Origin: Macrostomum lignano
Lineage: Eukaryota
Length of the DNA stretch: 64,000 nucleotides
Direction of reading: 5' to 3'
NCBI GenBank assembly: GCA_002269645.1
Contig: NIVC01000327.1
Coordinates: 124,001-188,000 of the forward strand
Shown here: in pieces, positions 54,829 through 64,000 of the stretch
Position numbering within the stretch: position 1 is the stretch's first letter
Layout: each line of letters opens with the position of its first letter
Position numbers and translations under genes: made by a program
Notes under the pieces: generated by a model
The model's database searches: none
What the model was told of the DNA's origin: nothing
What the model saw: only the letters and a program-made list of their open reading frames with translations

Positions 54829-56231
54829 CAATTATCAATTAGTTGGACTCTGAAGCTTGTTGAACTTTTAACAAATGACACATTGAAATACTAATTAATA
54901 GAAATATCTACTGCATGCCCCTTTCAAAGAAGCACTTCGTACTAGCATGTCATTGACTCATAATACGACTACTCGTATGCAGGGGTCTTTGCTTTTTTCT
55001 AAGATTAAACGTGAATAAAGAAACGTCATATTTCAATCATAAAAGAAGTGTTGTTTTAAAAAATGCAAGAAGCGTCATATCGTACATAATAGATTCAGAT
55101 AGTGACGCTATAAGATGTCAAAGGTTCGGGGCGGGGGTGTTGCCTAGATACCAAGGCCCGGAGTGGGTCAGAAGCTAAATGGAATACATTTGATTTCATT
55201 CTCTGTTGGCTCCCCAACAGGGAGCACTGATTGCTAAGTTGCATAATGGCACTGAATATCTCCTAATATCCTAAAATTAGCGGTAAAATCTTCCTGTGGC
55301 GCTTAATGTTTTTGTTCAGTGACTGCATGGTTATGCTGCAATGACATCGGGGCTGCTACGAGTGGCTCTCGTTCGAGAAGGCCGTGGCTTGAGAATCGTG
55401 TTGTCCGCACTCATTTTGGCGTCGCAGGTACTCATTTTGGCGCCGAAGCTAGCGCTATATTTTGGCGACGCGCGCCTCGTCAAAAGTTACGGCTACTTTG
55501 TATGAAAAGTTCAAATCAAAGTTTTCGCTCAAAAGACCGCTAGAGTAATTACCGTGTGTTTCATTAAGGAAAGTCAGGCCACAACACTCTCGGTAATTCA
55601 TTCGGTCATATATTCGGTCCCCTGTCATCATATATGTAATAGTAGTTCATTCTCTGGAATCACTTTTAGGAATAGATAGGCTTTCTTAGAAAACGGCACA
55701 AATCGCCTTGCAAAAATTAATTTAACGAAAATTAGTCTGTACAAATGACAATATACAATATAGTTTACTGCAGAGTTCGCTAACAATGACAAACAGCTTG
55801 CGAGACGTCAGTACGTAAATTACGAGCTACCTAAAAAATTAAATAATAACCAGCCAGTTCACACATCAGATAAAACAGCATCTGTGTAAATCTAATGCAC
55901 ATTGTCGAACTCATTAATTCGACATCTTAATTGAAACGAAAAGTATTTCTTTTATGTTAATCATCACGTTATGTTTTTATTGGAATATAGACGAGTACCA
56001 TATTTTTTGCTTAGAAGTTAGCTTTGCGCCGCAAAACACTGAAACTTCGCAATTATATCGCAGTACAATAAAAAGGACAAATATTTTTTACCAAATACTA
56101 TTAGTGCTCAACCCGGAAAAATCACTACAAAAAACGACAACAAAAATTTAAATATCGTTAAAATACGGACTTGGTTTACAGTTTTCTTAGAGAATTCGCG
56201 TTTTTATCTCGCTAGGGCTAAATATTACTTG

Positions 56232-56237
56232 TTTATT
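56232..56237 (-). terminator. Candidate polyadenylation signal of DEGS
   Basis: TTTATT on + (AATAAA on -), ~150 nt past the stop. Confidence 0.4.
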
Positions 56238-56384
56238 GCTATTCTCAAACATAATTACGGCTGAATTTTTGTTACAAGATTTTCGGCGCGAATTTAAATA
56301 AAATTACAAGTAAGCAGAATTACGCAGTTATACGAGCGAAGTAATGTTCGGAATTGACTTTTGAATAATTATCGAGTAAAAAAA

Positions 56385-59300
56385 TTAACTATCTAGCTCA
56401 TATGCTTTGGATTTCTCTCGATTGCTGGTCGCAACAAGTTCGATTCGTCTAGCCATATCTTTTTGAACGGCTTCGTAAAGCTCAGGCCTCGTGCAGTTTG
56501 AGTTGTTGACGCCGCGAGCGTGGGGCCCCAGCTGGTCTTTGGTGATGAAATCCCACAGGACTCGAAGCCAGCTGGTGTGATGGGGAAGACTGTTGTAGTA
56601 TTCGCCTGCGATGCGGCGAACTTCGGGCAAGCGTCTGCGTTTGGTAAATCGAGGTTCTCTGTGATTTTTTGTGTCTCACTGTGAGAAATACCTCGTATGT
56701 ATGAAGTGTGAGGAATGTAAAGTGTCTGTGAGGAATGTACAGTGTCTGTGAGGAGTGTGCGTGTCTGTGAGGAGTGTGCAGTGTCTGTGAGGAGTGTGCA
56801 GTGTCTGTGAGGAGTGTACAGTGTCTGTGAGGAGTGTGCAGTGTCTGTGAGGAGTGTGCAGTGTCTGTGAGGAGTGTACAGTGTCTGTGAGGAGTGTGCA
56901 GTGTCTGTGAGGAGTGTGCAGTGTCTGTGAGGAGTGTGCAGTGTCTGTGAGGAGTGTGCAGTGTCTGTGAGGAGTGTGCAGTGTCTGTGAGGAGTGTGCG
57001 TGTCTGTGAGGAGTGTGCAGTGTCTGTGAGGAATGTACAGTGTCTGTGAGGAGTGTGCAGTGTCTGTGAGGAGTGTACAGTGTCTGTGAGGAGTGTGCAG
57101 TGTCTGTGAGGAGTGTGCGTGTCTGTGAGGAGTGTGCAGTGTCTGTGAGGAGTGTGCAGTGTCTGTGAGGAGTGTGCAGTGTCTGTGAGGAGTGTGCAGT
57201 GTCTGTGAGGAGTGTGCAGTGTCTGTGAGGAGTGTGCAGTGTCTGTGAGGAGTGTGCGTGTCTGTGAGGAGTGTACAGTATCTGTGAGGAGTGTGCAGTG
57301 TCTGTGAGGAGTGTGCAGTGTCTGTGAGGAGTGTACAGTATCTGTGAGGAGTACGAGCTATACAGGGTCTGTGATGAGTTCTTAGTACTCTGAGGAAGTT
57401 GCAATAGTTATGAGTACAGATGCTCAGGTGTAGCCACAACAGACCTGTAGGGAATATAAGGGAAGTCGTGATGCTCAATATGGTAGCCAACATTGAATAG
57501 CAGGACATTCAGTGGACCATAGTAACTGTGGGTGCTCTGACCGCCCGAGAACAAGTAGTGCTCGGAGATGAAATGTCCCGCCAGAGGGTGCGGTCCAAAG
57601 CCGAACAGTGTGCCAACAATCAGATAGCAGAGACTTTTCCAGCCGAACAGTACATAAATGGATAAATCGAATGTCATACAGACGGTGAAGTTGAACAGTT
57701 CCCAAGGTGTGGTCGGCTTTGGAGACTTTATAAACGGTCGCAAACCGTGGATGAAGGGATGAGCGCATAGCCAAAGGAGTTTAGTCAGCGGGTGACGAAA
57801 CAGACGCGCCTCAGTCTTGGTTGGTATGTCAACATCATTGTCCTCGTGACCCAGCCATCTGTGATGATCGGTGTGATACTTCTTGTAACTGATGGCCATT
57901 GGTATTGCTATGGGCAGATTGCAGAATATTGCCAACAGTCTGTTGGCCCACGGTCGCTTGTGTCCGAATGCCAAGTTGTGACCTGCGTGGTTTTGTGCGT
58001 TTAAGTTATTGTACCCGGGGAATTACGTCACTACTAACAAACAAAGAAATAAGCAAATCAATTCGGAGCTGGAAAAATCTTTGGATTCATAATTGTCACA
58101 TGAACAATTCACGCTAAATTTGATTGAAAATCGATATTAAAAATAATCGCAGAAGGACTGTGGACACACTGGCTCAACGCCTTAGGCGACATCGTCTCAC
58201 ATTGATGAGCACATCTGAAGCACAGCACGCACTGATACACAGGCTGTTTATTGAAACAGACGAATTTCTTTCACTAAGAAAGCGGAGGTAGATAAAACTG
58301 GTTTGATTTGAATTAAGTCTCAATCCAGAAACATCTGTCTAATTGAATATATTGAGGAGAAACGGAGAACGTTAGCTTTTCGATGCTTTTAGGAAGTCTA
58401 TTAGTCTACAAAATAGTAATAACATCATAGTCTATAAAATGCATGTTTGAAAACTTTGACATTCAAAGCATTCCCTATCAAAAAGCCACTTATAATGACA
58501 AAGTGGATTAGCACTCTATGTGATAGTCGTTATAATGTTTGAAATAGACTGACTCTTGGGTATTGGAATTTTGATGGGAAATTCAACAAATGGAACTGGG
58601 AAAAAACCTCATTAGAAATGTTTTCTATCCGTCATTCTTTTGCGCGGCTGTACTGTACCGCGCGTACAATGATTACGTGCTTTTGACCCAAACGGTCTAT
58701 GGCCATAAATTTCGATGACTCAACTGTCTATGACCCAAACTGTCTTTGATCTAAACTGTCTATGATCTAAACTGTCTATGATCTAAACTGTCTATGATCT
58801 AAACTGTCTATGACCCAACCTGTCTATGATCTAAACTCTCTATTATCTTAACTGTCAATGACCCAAACTGTCTATGATCTAAACTGTCTATGATCTAAAC
58901 TGTCTATGACCCAAACTGTCTATGACCTAAACTGTCTATGTTCTAAACTGTCTATGTTCTAAACTGTCTATGATCTAAACTGTCTATGATCTAAACTGTC
59001 TATGACCCAACCTGTCTATGATCTAAACTCTCTATTATCTTAACTGTCAATGACCCAAACTGTCTATGATCTAAACTGTCTATGATCTAAACTGTCTATG
59101 ACCCAAACTGTCTATGATCTAAACTGTCTATGACCTAAACTGTCTATGTTCTTAACTGTCTATGATCTAAACTGTTTATGATCTAAACTGTCTATGATCT
59201 AAACTCTCTATAATCTTAACTGTCAATGACCCAAACTGTCTATGATCTAAACTGTCTATGATCTAAACTGTCTATGACCCAACCTGTCTATGATCTAAAC

Positions 59301-59766
59301 TCTCTATTATCTTAACTGTCAATGACCCAAACTGTCTATGATATAAACTGTCTATGATCTAAAATGTCTATGACCTAAACTGTCTATGATCTAAACTGTC
59401 CATGACCCGAAATCCCATGAACCAACACCGATCGCACTCACCAATCTCGTGAATAGCTGAGCCCAAGCTGTGATTCAGCGTGGCCCCAACAGCGTAGGCC
59501 AACAGCAATAACACAGCCCAGTTCGGTTGCGTCACCCGAATCACGTGACAAAAGCCCAGCTGAACTGCCACCTCGCAGGTGACAATAACGGCTATCCAAG
59601 GATCGCTGCCCATCAGCTGTTTGATCTGGGGATATTTGGCAAGGATCTCACGACGTCGGCTGACATGGGGCTCCTCTGAGTACTCCCAGCGGTCTGAGTC
59701 CAGTTCGACTTTTAGACCGAGTTTCAGAGCGTTGAAAAACGACAGCTTTAGGTTTGTTGCAGACAT
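56385..59766 (-). CDS. DEGS1: Sphingolipid delta(4)-desaturase/C4-hydroxylase (DEGS/ifc family), 3 coding exons, 370 aa
   Basis: Exons 59766-59442 (EPHVSRRREILAKYPQIKQLM...NHS...IHEI; G|GTGAG), 57982-57445 (GHNLAFG...YHTDHH...HPLAGHFISEHY...YYGPLN...NVGYHIEHHDFP; AG|GT) and 56634-56385 (RLPEVRRIAGEYY...W...WDF). Three His boxes: HEIGH, HTDHH, HIEHH. DEGS1 versus DEGS2 orthology is not resolved; the symbol is family-level. Confidence 0.95.
56705..57350. repeat. Tandem array, 20-nt GTGTCTGTGAGGAGTGTGCA (DEGS intron)
   Basis: Direct inspection. Confidence 0.93.
58720..59405. repeat. Tandem array, 16-nt AAACTGTCTATGATCT (DEGS intron)
   Basis: Direct inspection. Confidence 0.92.
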
Positions 59767-59809
59767 TCTCTACCGGTAGTTGCTGATGCTGTCCTGCAGA
59801 GGAGAAAGT

Positions 59810-60270
59810 ATGACTCATTTAGAAATATTTATGACCCTTTTAGACACTTTTATGACTCTTTTAGACACTTTTATGACCCATTTAGACACATTTTGACTCC
59901 TTTAGGCACATGTATGACCCCTTTCGACACCTTTATGACCTTTTTAAACATCTGGATGACCAATCACATCGGCATGACCCATTCAGACATATTTATGACC
60001 TATTTAGACACTTTTATGACCCATTTAGACACTATCACTCCTTTAGAAACTTTTATAACCCATTTAGACACTTTTATGGCACACTTAGGACACCTCTATA
60101 ACCCACTTAGACACCTTTAAGACCCGTTTAGACACCTCTATGACCCACTTAGACACCTGTAAGACCCGTTTAGACACTTGTATGACTCATTTAGACACCT
60201 GTATGACCAATTTGGAAACTTATATGACCAACTTAAACACTTTCAGACGCTCTATGACCCGTCTATGACC
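59810..60270. repeat. Degenerate array, ~21-nt ATGACCCATTTAGACACTTTT
   Basis: Direct inspection. Confidence 0.8.
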
Positions 60271-60954
60271 AATAATTTCTATTTATAACAAAAGAATAAG
60301 GAATCTCATTACAATAAAATTTGAGTCTAGCCTTAATTCGCTATACAAATACCTATAGCTGCATATTAAGGTTCATCACTCAGAAGAGCCTACAGTACTT
60401 AAAAATGGCAAGGTGCATGCATAAGTAGCAAGAACTTACGGTTAGCCTATAGGTGAGAAACGAGAGGAGAACTGGTACTCTTTCTTCCCATCTGCCCCGT
60501 CTCCCCCTATCCGTCCCATATTTATGCATCCGGGCTACACTATGGCTCGCTTTGACAGGCGCTGGGGTTGGGGTGGGAGCAATTCCCAACGGGAATTCTA
60601 TCGCATGCCTTCCCCACGTCATTCCAGTTTCTGCCCCCCCCCCCTCCAAAAAGCAGCTTAGCACACGGGAATGGTACTACGATTGGTTAATAAAAATCTA
60701 TTGCCTGAGTCCGGCAGGGCTGTGGGCAGGGCATCTATGGCCATAGACTGGTCATAAAACCCTCAGTCTATATAGGCTAGCGTATTGATTTTATTAATCT
60801 ATGACCACTGTATGACTACAGTATGACTACAGTATGACTACAGTATGACTACAATTTGACTACAGTATGAATACAGTATTGTGTCCAGATTATGTCGATA
60901 GTATGACCACAGTATAGTTAAGACGAGGAGGGAGATCTGAGAGGAAGAGGCGGT

Positions 60955-63900
60955 GGAGAGGGAGAGACTGAGAGGCAGAGACTGAGAGGGAGAGACTGAG
61001 AGGGAGAGACTGAGAGGGAGAGACTGAGAGGGAGAGACTGAGAGGGCGAGAGTAAGAGGGAGAGAGTGAGAGGGAGAGAGTGAGATGGAGAGAGTGAGAG
61101 GGAGAGAGTGAGATGGAGAGAGTGAGATGGAGAGAGTGAGATGGAGAGAGTGAGATAAAGAGAGTGAGAGGGAGAGAGTGAGATGGAGAGAGTGAGAGGG
61201 AGAGAGTGAGAGGGAGAGACTGAGAGGGAGAGACTGAGAGGGCGAGAGTAAGAGGGAGAGAGTGAGAGGGAGAGAGTGAGATGGAGAGAGTGAGAGGGGG
61301 AGAGTGAGATGGAGAGAGTGAGAGGGAGAGAGTGAGAGGCAGAGACTGAGAGGGAGAGACTGAGAGGCAGAGACTGAGAGGGAGAGACTGAGAGGCAGAG
61401 ACTGAGAGGCAGAGACTGAGAGGGCGAGAGTAAGAGGGAGAGAGTGAGAGGGAGAGAGTGAGATGGAGAGAGTGAGAGGGAGAGAGGGAGATGGAGAGAG
61501 TGAGAGGGAGAGACTGAGAGGCAGAGACTGAGAGGGAGAGAGTAAGAGGGAGAGAGTGAGATGGAGAGAGTGAGAGGGAAAGAGTGAGATGGAGAGAATA
61601 AGAGGGAGAGAGTGAGATGGAGAGAGTGAGAGGGAGAGAGTGAGAGGGAGAGAGTGAGATGGAGAGAGTGAGAGGGAGAGAGTGAGAGGGAGAGAGTGAG
61701 ATGGAGAGAGTGAGAGGGAGAGAGTGAGATGGAGAGAGTGAGATGGAGAGAGTGAGATGGAGAGAGTGAGATGGAGAGACTGATAGGGAGAGACTGATAG
61801 GGAGAGACTGGTAGGGAGAGACTGAGAGGGAGAGACTGAGAGGGAGAGACTGAGAGGCAGAGACTGAGAGGCAGAGACTGAGAGGGAGAGACTGAGAGGC
61901 AGAGACTGAGAGGGAGAGACTGAGAGGCAGAGACTGAGAGGGAGAGACTGATGGGCAGACTTTGAGAGGGAGAGACTGAGAGGCAGAGACTGAGAGGGAG
62001 AGACTGAGAGGCAGACTCTGAGAGGGAGAGACTGAGAGGCAGAGACTGAGAGGGCGAGAGTAAGAGGGAGAGAGTGAGAGGGAGAGAGTGAGATGGAGAG
62101 AGTGAGATGGAGAGAGTGAGAGGGAGAGAGTGAGATGGAGAGAGTGAGAGGGAGAGAGTGAGATGGAGAGAGTGAGAGGGAGAGAGTGAGAGGGAGAGAC
62201 TGAGAGGGAGAGACTGAGAGGGCGAGAGTAAGAGGGAGAGAGTGAGAGGGAGAGAGTGAGATGGAGAGAGTGAGATGGAGAGAGTGAGATGGAGAGAGTG
62301 AGATGGAGAGAGTGAGAGGGAGAGACTGAGAGGGAGAGAGTGAGAGGGAGAGAGTGAGAGGCAGAGACTGAGAGGGAGAGACTGAGAGGCAGAGACTGAG
62401 AGGGAGAGAGTAAGAGGGAGAGACTGAGAGGGAGAGACTGAGAGGGAGAGACTGAGAGGGCGAGAGTAAGAGGGAGAGACAGAGAGGGAGAGAGTGAGAT
62501 GAAGAAAGTGAGAGGGAGAGAGTGAGATGGAAAGAGTGAGAGGGAGAGAGTGAGACGGAGAGAGTGAGAGGGAGAGAGTGAGATGGAAAGAGTGAGAGGA
62601 GAGAGTGAGATGGAGAGAGTGAGAGGGAGAGAGTGAGATGGAGAGAGTGAGATGGAGAGAGTGAGATGGAGAGAGTGAGAGGGAGAGAGTGAGATGGAGA
62701 GAGTGAGAGGGAGAGAGTGAGATGGAGAGAGTGAGATGGAGAGAGTGAGATGGAGAGAGTGAGAGGGAGAGAGTGAGATGGAGAGAGTGAGAGGAGAGAG
62801 TGAGATGGAGAGAGTGAGAGGGAGAGAGTGAGATGGAGAGAGTGAGATGGAGAGAGTGAGAGGGAGAGAGTGAGATGGAGAGAGTGAGATGGAGAGAGTG
62901 AGATGGAGAGAGTGAGATGGAGAGACTGATAGGGAGAGACTGATAGGGAGAGACTTATAGGGAGAGACTGAGAGGGAGAGACTGAGAGGGAGAGACTGAG
63001 AGGCAGAGACTGAGAGGCAGAGACTGAGAGGGAGAGACTGAGAGGCAGAGACTGAGAGGGAGAGACTGAGAGGCAGACTCTGAGAGGCAGAGACTGAGAG
63101 GCAGAGACTGAGAGGCAGAGACTGAGAGGCAAAGACTGAGAGGCAGACTCTGAGAAGGAGAGACTGGTAGGGAGAGACTGAGAGGGAGAGACTGAGAGGC
63201 AGAGACTGAGAGGCAGAGACTGAGAGGGAGAGACTGAGAGGGAGAGACTGAGAGGGAGAGACTGAGAGGCAGACTCTGAGAGGGAGAGACTGAGAGGCAG
63301 ACTCTGAGAGGGAGAGACTGAGAGGCAGACTCTGAGAAGGAGAGACTGAGAGGCAGAGACTGAGAAGGAGAGACTGAGAGGCAGACTCTGAGAGGGAGAG
63401 ACTAAGAGGCAGACTCTGAGAGGGAGAGACTAAGAGGCAGAGACTGAGAGGGAGAGACTGAGAGGCAGACTCTGAGAGGCAGAGACTGAGAGGCAGAGAC
63501 TGAGAGGCAGAGACTGAGAGGGAGAGACTAAGAGGCAGAGACTGAGAGGCAGAGACTGAGAGGGAGAGACTAAGAGGCAGAGACTGAGAGGCAGAGACTG
63601 AGAGACAGACTCTGAGAGGCAGAGACTGAGAGGGAGAGACTGAGAGGCAGAGACTGAGAGGGAGAGACTGAGAGGCAGACTCTGAGAGGCAGAGACTGAG
63701 AGGCAGAGACTGAGAGGGAGAGACTGAGAGTCAGAGACTGAGAGGGAGAGACTGAGAGGCAGACTCTGAGAAGGAGAGACTGAGAGGCAGAGACTGAGAG
63801 GGAGAGACTGAGAGGCAGACTCTGAGAGGCAGAGACTGAGAGGCAGAGACTGAGAGGGAGAGACTGAGAGGCAGACTCTGAGAGGCAGAGACTGAGAGGC

Positions 63901-63970
63901 AGAGACTGAGAGGCAGAGACTGAGAGGCAGACTCTGAGAGGCAGAGACTGAGAGGGAGAGACTGGCAGAT
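60955..63970. repeat. 3-kb purine-rich array of 16-nt units (GAGAGACTGAGAGGGA / GAGAGTGAGATGGAGA)
   Basis: Direct inspection. Confidence 0.93.
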
Positions 63971-64000
63971 AGAGATCAAGTACTAAGAGATCAATTGAGA

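Overview
Eukaryotic (metazoan) genomic DNA, intron-rich, with roughly 40% (~26 kb, hand estimate) in short-unit tandem arrays. This architecture and the peptide type suggest a free-living flatworm such as Macrostomum (inference only). Six protein-coding genes were reconstructed by hand from splice sites and reading phase: (1) a GnRH/corazonin-type GPCR (- strand, exons 5878-6390 and 790-1012, continuing off the left edge); (2) a short ankyrin-repeat protein (+, 13045-14774); (3) a signal-peptide, single-thioredoxin-domain CPVC protein (+, 15295-15920); (4) a neuropeptide prohormone releasing ASFVRMamide/ASYVRMamide (-, 18314-18664); (5) a complete 31-exon slit gene (+, 22467-53911, 1529 aa); (6) a DEGS/ifc-family sphingolipid delta(4)-desaturase (-, 56385-59766, 370 aa). 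Mobile elements include a tRNA-derived CORE-type SINE (4 copies plus a fragment), a hAT-like MITE carrying a (CTCCT)n tract, and a small hairpin repeat family. Most long ORFs in the supplied track are artefacts of tandem repeats. No rRNA, true tRNA or CRISPR array was found. Best leads: the prohormone, the one-satellite-per-intron pattern in slit (including repeat variants that look like branch points), inverted arrays flanking exons, the hairpin family, and a possible trans-spliced gene pair.
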